54,605 nt of DNA, from positions 1 through 54,605 of IMG/VR virus record IMGVR_UViG_3300036770_004582. One strand, written 5' to 3'. A program made the position numbers and the translations under genes. This DNA is from a virus. Taxonomy: Duplodnaviria; Caudoviricetes. Below are positions 18,539 to 27,342 of the stretch, piece by piece. The notes under the pieces were generated by a model that was given only the letters and a program-made list of their open reading frames with translations, had not been told where the DNA came from and did not search any database. Numbering within the stretch: the first letter of the stretch is position 1; each line of letters begins with the position of its first letter.

Positions 18539-20249
18539 AGTATGGATCGGCCATGACCCGAAATCTAGCCGTTTTGTTATCATGTGTCCTTCTTGGCTCG
18601 TTGATCGAGTACGTAAGATCCCGAACCGGCGATGGGATTCTCGTCGCAGCCTCTGGACTGCTCCTGTTCTTCGGGCGAACAGCGATTACCTTTTGTCTGC
18701 GTTCCATAAGGACTCGTTTGATCCGCAAGCGTACGAGTGTGCGATAAAGTCGTTAGAACGAAGGCCAGCCGCCGAATACCAGTTCCCCTACCAGTATCGG
18801 TTCCAGACCGAGCCGCGCCCCTACCAGTTTCGGGCGTTGCAGGCGGCATGGGGCAAGACCGCGTTTGCCTACCATATGGACATGGGAACGGGCAAGACCA
18901 AGGTGTCACTCGACCTGTTCTCGGCTTATTTCCAGGACGGCAAGATCGACCGGCTGCTCGTGGTGACCAAGTTCTCGACGCGCAAGAACTGGGAGCGCGA
19001 GATTGGTATCCATATGCCACACCCGGCGGATGTGATGATACTGAACACGCAAAAGCCAAAAGTGTTCGAGGACTGGAACACCGAGGACACCCCACAGTTG
19101 AAGGTGCTGATTGTGGGCACCGAGTCGCTCGCAGCGGGGAATGCGATCCTGTATGCCGAGAAGTTCGTAAATGTGTCCACACGGGTGGGGATGGTAGTGG
19201 ACGAAGCACACATGATAAAGAACCACTCGGCGGTGCGGGCCAAGGCGTGCGTGAAGCTTGGCAAGTCCGCTTCCTACCGAGTCGCTATGACCGGCACGCC
19301 CGTGGCCAACGGGCCAATGGACCTGTACATGCAGTTCGAGTACCTCGACCCTGACATCCTTGGCATCGGCGACTACTACTCGTTCCGAAACCGGTACGCG
19401 GTGATGGGCGGATTCGAGAACAAGGAGATCGTGGGGTACCAGAACATGGAAGAACTGATCGAACTGGTCTCGCCTTTCGTCTTTCAAGTTCGCAAGTCCG
19501 AGGTCCTCACCGAGCTGCCACCGAAGGTGTTCGAGACGCGCGAGGTGCAAATGACCGAGGAGCAGCGGCGGCTGTACAAGGACATTGCCAAGCGAGACGC
19601 GACCACGATGGGGGATCGAGGGATAACCGTAAAATCGGTGTTGGAGCGGATGCTGCGACTGCAGGAGATCACCGGAGGGATCATTACTTTCGAACGCAAC
19701 CCGGACCTGTTCAACAAGGCGAAGTTCGAGCACTCGCGAATCCCGGGCAAGAATCCGAAGGTCGAGGAACTGCTCGCCATCGCCGAGGAGGTCGAGGGGT
19801 CAGTCATCGTTTGGTGCCGGTTCATCGAGGAGATCCGGGCAGTGTCCACCGCGCTGCGTGAGCGATTCGGCGATGCGGAAGTGGTGGAGATTCACGGGGC
19901 TATATCCGAGACCGACCGTGACCGGAACGTGCAGGAGATCTTCCAGCAGGGTCGCGCCCGATTCCTCGTCGGGAACGCCGCCACCGGTGGGGTGGGGCTA
20001 AATATGACGCGGGCCGAAACGGTGGTGTACTTCTCCAATTCGTTCTCCTTTACCGATCGGGAACAGTCGGAGGACCGCGCACACCGAATCGGGCAGACGC
20101 GGTCGGTGACCTACATCGATTTGGTGGCCGAGGGCACGGTGGACGCGACTGTCACCGGTGCATTACGTGAGAAGAAAGACGTATCGGAGTTCGTGCGCAC
20201 CTCGATAAACGAGAAGTCGCCGAATACCTTATTCGGACAGGTCTCCTGA
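18510..20249 (+). CDS. SNF2-family (SF2) helicase
   Basis: MDMGTGKT, VVDEAH, MTGTP, GGVGLN and QSEDRAHRIGQ motifs. Confidence 0.92.
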   Translation: MNPSSQQNSKVWIGHDPKSSRFVIMCPSWLVDRVRKIPNRRWDSRRSLWTAPVLRANSDYLLSAFHKDSFDPQAYECAIKSLERRPAAEYQFPYQYRFQTEPRPYQFRALQAAWGKTAFAYHMDMGTGKTKVSLDLFSAYFQDGKIDRLLVVTKFSTRKNWEREIGIHMPHPADVMILNTQKPKVFEDWNTEDTPQLKVLIVGTESLAAGNAILYAEKFVNVSTRVGMVVDEAHMIKNHSAVRAKACVKLGKSASYRVAMTGTPVANGPMDLYMQFEYLDPDILGIGDYYSFRNRYAVMGGFENKEIVGYQNMEELIELVSPFVFQVRKSEVLTELPPKVFETREVQMTEEQRRLYKDIAKRDATTMGDRGITVKSVLERMLRLQEITGGIITFERNPDLFNKAKFEHSRIPGKNPKVEELLAIAEEVEGSVIVWCRFIEEIRAVSTALRERFGDAEVVEIHGAISETDRDRNVQEIFQQGRARFLVGNAATGGVGLNMTRAETVVYFSNSFSFTDREQSEDRAHRIGQTRSVTYIDLVAEGTVDATVTGALREKKDVSEFVRTSINEKSPNTLFGQVS

Positions 20250-20292
20250 TGTTATAATCGGGGGTCGATTAATTCAAGTGGATAGAGGGACA
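20250..20292 (+). promoter_or_regulatory. Extended -10 promoter plus ATAGAGG leader
   Basis: TGtTATAAT at 20250-20258 with a weak -35; GATAGAGGGACA before ATG 20300. Confidence 0.6.
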
Positions 20293-20299
20293 CGAAGAG

Positions 20300-20641
20300 A
20301 TGCAGTTACCTAGAGTGTTTATAACGCAAGAAGTACCAACGGCGAATTACACCACCGCCGAGAACTTTGGACGGGTCGAGGTGCTCACCGCCTCGGAGCT
20401 GTCGCACATTCGGAACAGTGCACATAACCGCAAATTGGTAGGGCTTCTGCGTGAGCGGCTGGCGGACTTCAACCCGTCGATCGACTTCATCGCTCCGAGT
20501 GGGTCGCCAATCATCACCGGGATCGTGTTCGCGATTCTGCATGAGAAGAGCGACGAGTTCAACGTGCTGAAATGGAACTCACGCGACCGCATGTACGTCC
20601 CGATCTACGTCAATATAGAGGAGCAGCAAGATGTCGAATGA
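20300..20641 (+). CDS. Hypothetical alpha/beta protein
   Basis: 113 aa with its own promoter and RBS. Confidence 0.75.
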   Translation: MQLPRVFITQEVPTANYTTAENFGRVEVLTASELSHIRNSAHNRKLVGLLRERLADFNPSIDFIAPSGSPIITGIVFAILHEKSDEFNVLKWNSRDRMYVPIYVNIEEQQDVE

Positions 20642-21077
20642 GCAAGAGCCAAAGAGCGAGAAATTCGCCAAGTACGACGATCTACCTCTAGTAGAGCTTG
20701 TGCACGAGATGGCTAACATTCGCGCTAAAAAGGACTCGCTGGAGGCAGCACTGAAAGAGATGAACGAGGAATTTGATTTCTTGCGCATCACCAAGATCCC
20801 GACCGTGATGAATGACGAGGGTGTCGACCGGATCTCGGTCTCGGGCGTCGGGCGTGTGTCGCTTACCGCCGATCTGCATGTTTCGGTTAAGGCCGACCGG
20901 AAGGAGGCCTTCTACGAGTGGCTCCGCGACAACGGCCGGGCCGACTTGATCGCCGAGACCGTAAACGCGAGCACGCTCAAAGCTACCGTGAAGAATATGT
21001 ACAAGACGGGTGAGCAGGTACCCGAGGAACTGTTGAATGTATCGCCCTTCGAGCGTGCTAGCATTACGAAGGGCTAG
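20631..21077 (+). CDS. Conserved phage replication-region protein
   Basis: Coiled-coil N-terminus, IPTVM..EG, EWLR.NG..DLI..TVN..TLKA pattern common next to phage SSB/helicase genes. Confidence 0.7.
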   Translation: MSNEQEPKSEKFAKYDDLPLVELVHEMANIRAKKDSLEAALKEMNEEFDFLRITKIPTVMNDEGVDRISVSGVGRVSLTADLHVSVKADRKEAFYEWLRDNGRADLIAETVNASTLKATVKNMYKTGEQVPEELLNVSPFERASITKG

Positions 21078-21105
21078 AAGAATTCGGCCATCGAGCCGTG
21101 GAACC

Positions 21106-21128
21106 GGCATGCTTGGGCATGTCTTTTT
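21106..21128 (+). terminator. Possible intrinsic terminator/attenuator
   Basis: GGCATGC-ttgg-GCATGTC followed by TTTTT. Confidence 0.5.
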
Positions 21129-21154
21129 AACTTGTAACTAGGAGCATTTTTATT

Positions 21155-21901
21155 ATGGCTAAGAACCAACTTGCAGTGAAGGAATCAACCGATCTCGTCT
21201 TTATGGATGCTGTACCCGAGTACATGCGGCAGGGTAACCGGGGTGCGGAGAACGTTGGGAACGAGGATCTTGTAATCCCACGCATCGAGCTGGTCCAGGC
21301 ACTCTCACCCGCACGCAAGAAGTCAGATGCGGCGTACATCGAGGGGGCCGAGGAGGGGATGTTGTTCAATAACGTCACCCGTGCGCTCTACGGCACCGAA
21401 GTCACCGTGGTGCCGGTGTATTACACCAAACAGTACCTCGTCTGGAAGGATCGTAAGACCGGGGGCGGTGGTAGTAACGGCTTCCGGGGTGCGTTCAATA
21501 CCAAAGCCGAGGCGGATGCCGCGATCGCGGCGTTGGGTGAAGAGGGGCTGGAAGCGGTGGATACGGCGCAGCATTTCGTGCTCGTTCACCACGATGGCGC
21601 TTGGCAGGAAGCGGTGCTCTCGATGTCGAAGTCCAAGATGAAGGTGAGCAAGCGTTGGAACTCGCTCATGCGGTTGACCAACACCGATTCCTTTTCGCGA
21701 GCCTACAAGCTCTCGTCCGTGACCGAGACGAATGCACGGAACGAGAGTTATTTCAACTACGGCATCACCGCCTTGGGGTTCATCCCGAAGGAGGTGTACG
21801 AGCGCGCGGAGAAGCTGTACGAAACCGTGCGTGCCGGTACGGTCAAGGTCTCCTCGGACTTTGATGGTGAACCCACTCCTGCTGAAGACACCGAGTATTA
21901 A
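21155..21901 (+). CDS. Putative single-stranded DNA-binding protein
   Basis: G.ENV..EDLVIPRI.LVQALSP N-terminus, beta-rich core and acidic C-terminus; AGGAG RBS. Confidence 0.6.
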   Translation: MAKNQLAVKESTDLVFMDAVPEYMRQGNRGAENVGNEDLVIPRIELVQALSPARKKSDAAYIEGAEEGMLFNNVTRALYGTEVTVVPVYYTKQYLVWKDRKTGGGGSNGFRGAFNTKAEADAAIAALGEEGLEAVDTAQHFVLVHHDGAWQEAVLSMSKSKMKVSKRWNSLMRLTNTDSFSRAYKLSSVTETNARNESYFNYGITALGFIPKEVYERAEKLYETVRAGTVKVSSDFDGEPTPAEDTEY

Positions 21902-23316
21902 TGCGGGTTGAGGCGGTTTACGGACCGCCCGGCACCGGTAAAACTACCGAGCTGCTGCGGCGAGTCCAAGAAGCGCGCGAGGCAGGAGTGCAGGCGGAAC
22001 GGGTGGCATTTGTATCGTTCACCCGAGCCGCCGCCCATGAGGCACTCTTCCGACTAGGCCTAAAACGGTCTGATAACGTCAGCACCATTCACTCGATGGC
22101 GTTTCGGCAGCTGCGGCTCCGGCAGGCGCAGGTGGTGGACACGGCCAAGCTTCGCGAATTCTCAACTATCCTTGGGATCCCGGTGGTAGGAAAATCACCG
22201 GAGGACGACGAGGAGCGGGCAGATGGAGACTTTTACCTTGACATCCTTAACAACGCACGAGCTACCTTTACAAATCCCGCCATGGCTTACGACCTCTCGG
22301 ATCGTCCGGGAACGCGGGCCGAGTTCGATCTATTCGTACGGTCTTACGCTGATTGGAAATCTACCTACGGTTACTATGACTTCTCCGACATGCTCGAACG
22401 AGCCGTTCAGCGTCGGGTCTCGCTGGATGCGGAAGTTATCTTTGTCGACGAAGCTCAAGACCTATCACCTCTTCAGTGGCAGGTTGTCGACCACTTCTGC
22501 CGACGCTCGGATGAAGTGCACATTGCGGGGGACGATGACCAAGCGATCTACACTTGGGCGGGGGCAGATCCTCATGGTATGGCCTCTTTTTGCGAAAAAC
22601 ATGGCGGTCATAGCCAAGTGTTATCAGTCTCACATCGACTTCCTGTTGCTGTCTACGAAAAGTCTCAAGCCCTCATCCGTCGAGTCCTGCGCCGAGTCGA
22701 TAAGAAGTTTAGTTCCAAGGGACATCTGGGACTGGTGCGCTTACATGGCTCGATCAATTCAGTGGACATCGACCCGGCGACCGATACGCTTCTTTTGGCA
22801 CGGACGCACTCGGTGCTTCGCGAGGTCGAACGGGCGCTCATTGACAAACGAGTACCGTATCTGCGGGAATCGGGCCGTCCCGGGATGTATCAGAACAAGA
22901 TTGCAAATGCCATCCGGGCTTTCAATAAACTTGTGGACGGTCAACGCCTGACCGATGGTGAACGCAATTCGCTCTGGACGCAGGCGCTCCCCGAGGTGAA
23001 ACGGGCGCTGGATTCGGGCGATACCAAGTCTGTGGTGGCACGCCCGTTCTACATGCAGCTCGACATCCCGGCGCGGGTGGTGGACTTCTACATGGACGCG
23101 GACCTGCACGCCACGCCGCAGTTGCGACTGTCCACGATTCACTCGGCAAAAGGGATGGAAGCCGAACACGTGGTGTTGCTTACCGACTTGACGACGCGGG
23201 TGCAGCAGACAGCGGAGGCGTCGCCGGACGACGAGGTGCGGGTGTTTTACGTGGGACTGACCCGGAGCAAAAACGTGCTGGATATTGTGGAGGGCTACAA
23301 CGGCTATAAATTGTAG
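21901..23316 (+). CDS. UvrD/Rep-family (SF1) helicase
   Basis: GPPGTGKT, VDEAQDLS, AGDDDQAIY, STIHSAKGME and FYVGLTR motifs. Confidence 0.92.
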   Translation: MRVEAVYGPPGTGKTTELLRRVQEAREAGVQAERVAFVSFTRAAAHEALFRLGLKRSDNVSTIHSMAFRQLRLRQAQVVDTAKLREFSTILGIPVVGKSPEDDEERADGDFYLDILNNARATFTNPAMAYDLSDRPGTRAEFDLFVRSYADWKSTYGYYDFSDMLERAVQRRVSLDAEVIFVDEAQDLSPLQWQVVDHFCRRSDEVHIAGDDDQAIYTWAGADPHGMASFCEKHGGHSQVLSVSHRLPVAVYEKSQALIRRVLRRVDKKFSSKGHLGLVRLHGSINSVDIDPATDTLLLARTHSVLREVERALIDKRVPYLRESGRPGMYQNKIANAIRAFNKLVDGQRLTDGERNSLWTQALPEVKRALDSGDTKSVVARPFYMQLDIPARVVDFYMDADLHATPQLRLSTIHSAKGMEAEHVVLLTDLTTRVQQTAEASPDDEVRVFYVGLTRSKNVLDIVEGYNGYKL

Positions 23317-23319
23317 GAC

Positions 23320-23378
23320 TTGACGCGATAGTAGGACGGGCGATATAATAGAGGTACCGATTAACAGACATAGAGGAC
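23320..23378 (+). promoter_or_regulatory. sigma70 promoter driving the SSB-like/dpoZ/purZ operon
   Basis: TTGACG-N18-TATAAT followed by AGAGG and the ATAGAGGACA leader. Confidence 0.75.
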
Positions 23379-23388
23379 ACTAAAGCAA

Positions 23389-23658
23389 ATGTACGATAAT
23401 ACCAACACCGGTATGATGATGCGCAACGAGAACCGCGAACACGACAAGCAGCCGGAGTTCAAGGGGTCGTTGAATGTAGACGGTCGGGACTTTTGGATCT
23501 CGGCTTGGGTGAACACCGGGAAGGAAGGCTCCAAGATCGAGGGCAAGAAGTACTTCTCGATCAAGCTTACCGCGAAGGATGCACCAAAGGACACCAAGCC
23601 AGCGGCCAAGGCTCGCGTCGGGTTCGAGCGCGATCTTGACGACGAAATCCCCTTCTAG
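23389..23658 (+). CDS. Small SSB-like protein with bacterial SSB-type C-terminal tip
   Basis: QPEFKGSLNVDG..FWISAW core; ends LDDEIPF. Confidence 0.7.
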   Translation: MYDNTNTGMMMRNENREHDKQPEFKGSLNVDGRDFWISAWVNTGKEGSKIEGKKYFSIKLTAKDAPKDTKPAAKARVGFERDLDDEIPF

Positions 23659-23659
23659 T

Positions 23660-25492
23660 ATGTTCCCACGGGTAGATTCCCCGGTCACTGCCGTGATCGA
23701 CTGCGAGACCACCGGGCTGCGGTGGTGGAAGGACCGCGTGTTCGGCGTGGCACTGTTGCTGCCCGGCGCAGACCCCTACTACTGGGACCTGCGGCAGACG
23801 CCCGGGGCGGTAGATTTCCTGCGGGATCTCGCCGGGTCGCCACACGTGGTGCGGTGGGTGAATCATAATTTGAAGTTCGACTATCACTTCCTGCGCGAAG
23901 CGGGCGTGGTGCTCCCGGTCGAGCGGCTACACTGCACGATGGTGCGGGCCGCGCTGATCAACGAGAATGAACCGGTTTACGAGCTGGACTTCTTGGCGCG
24001 CAAGTACGCGAACCAACGGAAAGAATCGGAGATTTACACGCAGCTGGCCGAGATCTTCGGGGGGCGGGCGACGCGCAACGCGCAGATGCCAAATCTGTCA
24101 AAGGCGCCGGCGCAGATCGTGGCACCCTATGCCAAGCAGGACGTGGTGGCGGCGCACGAATTGTACCTGTGGCAGGAGGGCGAGATCGAAAAGCAGGGCC
24201 TGCACCGGGTGTACGAACTTGAGTGCCGGCTAATGCCGGTCATCATCGATATGGAAGAGCAGGGCGTGCGGGTGGACGTGGACCGGGCCGAAGGGGCCGT
24301 TCGTGACCTTACCACGCGGATCGAGCGGATGCAGCGGGAGCTGAATGCGCAGGCGGGATTCGAAGTGAACCCGAACCCCTCGGGGTCGATCGCGCAGCTG
24401 TTCGAACCGAAGCTCGGCGAGGACAACGAGTGGTACCTGATCGACGGGACGCGTGCCGAGAAGACCGAAGGAGGGAAGGCCTCGATCAACGCCGATTGCC
24501 TGCGGCGGATGCGGCACCCGGCGGCAAAAATGATCCTGGATCTGCGCAAGATGCTCAAGACCCGTGATACTTTTCTTTCCGGTCACATCCTTGGGCACCA
24601 CGAGGACGGTGTAATTCATTGCAATTACAACCAGACCAAGAACGACTCGGAGGCCGGGACCGGCACCGGGCGGCTCTCGGTTACAAACCCGGCGCTGCAG
24701 CAGATCCCGTCGCGCGACAAGGACATCAAGGCGCTGATCCGCCCGATTTTTTTGCCCGACCATGGCGCCCGCTGGTTAGGACTTGATTGGTCGCAGTTCG
24801 AGTTCCGGGTGGCGAACCACTATGGCAACGTGCCCGCGATCTTGCGGGCGTACGCGGACAACCCGAATCTGGACTTCCACCAGTTGGTCTCCGATATGAC
24901 CGGGATCCCGAGGAATGCGGAGTACGCCGGTGGTCCTTCCTCTAAGGCCATAAATCTTGGGCTTGCATTCAACATGGGGTCGGGAAAGCTGGCGCAAGAG
25001 TGTGGGCTTCCCTTTACCGAGGAGTCGGGGCCGAACGGGAACGTCTACCTGCGTGCCGGACCCGAGGCGATGGAGCTGTTCGAGCGTTACCACGCTGCGA
25101 ACCCCGGGATGCGGAACATGGCACAAAAAGCGTCAAGTATCGCCAAGGAGCGCGGATTCGTGCATTCGGTGATGGGCCGGCACCTGCGATTCCCGGGCGG
25201 GCAGTTCGTGCACAAAGCTTCGGGGCTAATTTACCAAGCCACCTCGGCCGACTGCATGAAGCAGAAGCTGATCGAGTTGCACGAATACCTGCAGCACCAC
25301 GCCTGCGGGCGGTTGCTGTTGACCATTCACGACGAGGTGGGAATCTCGCTCGATAATGATTCGCCGGAGCACGCCGATGAGGTGGCCCGGATCTATACGA
25401 CTTTTGATGGTATAAAATGCCCAATTGCACTTCGTGTACCAATTACGTGCGAATGGGGTCTGGGTGAAAATTGGTACGAAGCGAAAGGATAA
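23660..25492 (+). CDS. dpoZ: Family A DNA polymerase with 3'-5' exonuclease, DpoZ-type
   Basis: Start refined to ATG 23660. Exo motifs DCETTG, HNLKFD, YAKQD; TGRLS; motif A DWSQFEFR; motif B KAINLGLAFNMG; motif C IHDE; directly upstream of purZ. Confidence 0.85.
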   Translation: MFPRVDSPVTAVIDCETTGLRWWKDRVFGVALLLPGADPYYWDLRQTPGAVDFLRDLAGSPHVVRWVNHNLKFDYHFLREAGVVLPVERLHCTMVRAALINENEPVYELDFLARKYANQRKESEIYTQLAEIFGGRATRNAQMPNLSKAPAQIVAPYAKQDVVAAHELYLWQEGEIEKQGLHRVYELECRLMPVIIDMEEQGVRVDVDRAEGAVRDLTTRIERMQRELNAQAGFEVNPNPSGSIAQLFEPKLGEDNEWYLIDGTRAEKTEGGKASINADCLRRMRHPAAKMILDLRKMLKTRDTFLSGHILGHHEDGVIHCNYNQTKNDSEAGTGTGRLSVTNPALQQIPSRDKDIKALIRPIFLPDHGARWLGLDWSQFEFRVANHYGNVPAILRAYADNPNLDFHQLVSDMTGIPRNAEYAGGPSSKAINLGLAFNMGSGKLAQECGLPFTEESGPNGNVYLRAGPEAMELFERYHAANPGMRNMAQKASSIAKERGFVHSVMGRHLRFPGGQFVHKASGLIYQATSADCMKQKLIELHEYLQHHACGRLLLTIHDEVGISLDNDSPEHADEVARIYTTFDGIKCPIALRVPITCEWGLGENWYEAKG

Positions 25493-25494
25493 GC

Positions 25495-26613
25495 ATGGAA
25501 CATATAGATGTAGTGTTGGACTTGCAGTACGGGAGCACCGGCAAAGGGCTGCTCGTCGGGTGGTTGGCCCAACGCCGCAGGTACGACACGGTCGTGACGA
25601 CTTGGGCACCGAACGCGGGCCACACATTGATCGACGACACCGGGCGCAAGTTCGTACACACGCAGCTGGCGCTCGGCATCGTTTCGCCGTTGTGCAAGCG
25701 CGTGTTGCTTGGGCCGGGGTCGGTGATTGACCCCGTGAAGCTGCTCGATGAAATTGCCAGCTGTGCGGACCTGATCACCGCGAACAACATCCGAATCGCG
25801 ATTCACCCACATGCGGCAGTGGTGCAGGACGGACACCGCGAGGAGGAGGGCGCTAACCCCGGACAAATCGGCTCCACTCGCAAGGGCGTGGGTGCGGCGT
25901 TGATCGACCGGATTCGACGGCGGCTCAACGGTAATGTCGCCATAAACGATGACCGACTCGTTGACTACGTGGTCTCACCCGAACAGTACCGGGAGTTGCT
26001 GCGGCAGTCGTGCTCGGTGTTGGTCGAGGGCGCGCAAGGGTATTCACTTTCGATGTACCATGGCTTCTACCCGTTTACTACCTCGCGGGATGTGAGTACG
26101 TGGCAGATTCTCGCGGATTCGGGTATTCCGTTCAATGAATGCAAGCGGGCAACGTTCGAAGTGTACGGGACCGCGCGGACCTTCCCGATTCGGGTGGCGC
26201 ACCGGTTCGACGATGCGGGGCGGCAGACCGAGAACAGCGGGCCGTTCTACACGGACCAGCACGAGATCTCGTTCGAATCGATTGGACAGCAGCAGGAGCT
26301 GACCACCGTGACGCAGTTGCCGCGCCGGCTGTTTACCTTTTCGGCCAAGCAGATTCAAGAGGCCATCCAGTACAACGGTGCACGCAAGGTGTTCTTGAAC
26401 TTCTGCAACTACGTGCAGCACTTGGGTACCCTGTTGGACATCGTGGATGCGATCGAGAAAGGCGGCGAAGCTCGGGTAGCAGTGATCGGGTTCGGGCCTA
26501 CCACTCGGGATCTGGTCGACATTGACAACTTCTCGGAATTCGCGACCTTGAACGGCTCGCAACGCAGGGCTAAAATTCTTAACGCTTGGAAGGACTATCA
26601 TGCCAAAATATGA
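25495..26613 (+). CDS. purZ: N6-succino-2-amino-2'-deoxyadenylate synthase (PurA paralogue)
   Basis: Start ATG 25495. DLQYGSTGKG (Ser in place of the PurA Asp of GDEGKG), PNAGHT, IGST, EGAQG, TSRD, PIRV, ELTTVT..PRR and NFCNY motifs match PurZ rather than PurA. Confidence 0.95.
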   Translation: MEHIDVVLDLQYGSTGKGLLVGWLAQRRRYDTVVTTWAPNAGHTLIDDTGRKFVHTQLALGIVSPLCKRVLLGPGSVIDPVKLLDEIASCADLITANNIRIAIHPHAAVVQDGHREEEGANPGQIGSTRKGVGAALIDRIRRRLNGNVAINDDRLVDYVVSPEQYRELLRQSCSVLVEGAQGYSLSMYHGFYPFTTSRDVSTWQILADSGIPFNECKRATFEVYGTARTFPIRVAHRFDDAGRQTENSGPFYTDQHEISFESIGQQQELTTVTQLPRRLFTFSAKQIQEAIQYNGARKVFLNFCNYVQHLGTLLDIVDAIEKGGEARVAVIGFGPTTRDLVDIDNFSEFATLNGSQRRAKILNAWKDYHAKI

Positions 26614-27079
26614 ATCGGATTTTCACACCACCGACCGTGCACCGCTCCCTTGGAAGGCGCGCGATACCGAATTGCTCGACGCCAACGGCGCGATGATCGC
26701 TACCTTCGAGGTACGACACACGACCAAAGGCCTGCTTGCCGGCGCCTACAAGAACTGCCAGTGGGCGGCGGACGCGGCGAACCACTACGAACACGACGGG
26801 CTGTTGGCGATGCAAGAGCGCGTGGCGATGTGGGCCGACAAGCAGTTCCCAAACCGGACCACAGCCGATGTGCTTCTGAAGCTTTACGAGGAACTGGGTG
26901 AGTACGCTCGGAACCCGAAGGCGGAGCTGGAATTCGCCGACGTGATGGTGCTGCTGCTGGATGCGGCGCATATGAACGATATTAACATCGCGAAGGCAGT
27001 GGACGAAAAAATGACAATTAATGAGGAGCGAAAATGGCAAGTGGACCCCAACACCCGTATTATGAGGCACGTACCATGA
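26600..27079 (+). CDS. mazZ: MazG-like (d)GTP/dATP diphosphohydrolase with extra N-terminal domain
   Basis: WADKQFP, KLYEELGE, EFADV..LLLD and KM.IN..RKW motifs of the DUF550/MazZ type; overlaps purZ. Confidence 0.8.
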   Translation: MPKYESDFHTTDRAPLPWKARDTELLDANGAMIATFEVRHTTKGLLAGAYKNCQWAADAANHYEHDGLLAMQERVAMWADKQFPNRTTADVLLKLYEELGEYARNPKAELEFADVMVLLLDAAHMNDINIAKAVDEKMTINEERKWQVDPNTRIMRHVP

Positions 27080-27342
27080 CCGAGGAGAAGATGATCGAAG
27101 TGGATCCTCGGCACGTGGAGTTCAATCAATGGTTCAACGTACTGTTTCCTGACCAGTCACCCGAGATGCGGTTCCGACTTGTCGCCTCCACCGTGGCCAC
27201 TTGGAACGCGGCACTCACCGTTGCTGCGACGAAGTTCCACATGATGGCACAGGAGGAGGGGTACGACAAACAGCTCACGCCGGACCAAGTGGCGGACTTG
27301 GTAGAACGAATGAAAGTGTCGGAATATGTTAACGTTAACTGA
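27076..27342 (+). CDS. Hypothetical protein inside the Z cluster
   Basis: ATGA coupling with mazZ at 27076; overlaps the datZ start. Confidence 0.6.
   Translation: MTEEKMIEVDPRHVEFNQWFNVLFPDQSPEMRFRLVASTVATWNAALTVAATKFHMMAQEEGYDKQLTPDQVADLVERMKVSEYVNVN

Noticed and set aside
25495-26613. Host-like adenylosuccinate synthetase (purA) as an auxiliary metabolic gene
   Set aside because: It has GSTGKG and NFCNY instead of the PurA GDEGKG and TKLD motifs, and sits with datZ, mazZ and dpoZ, so it is PurZ.
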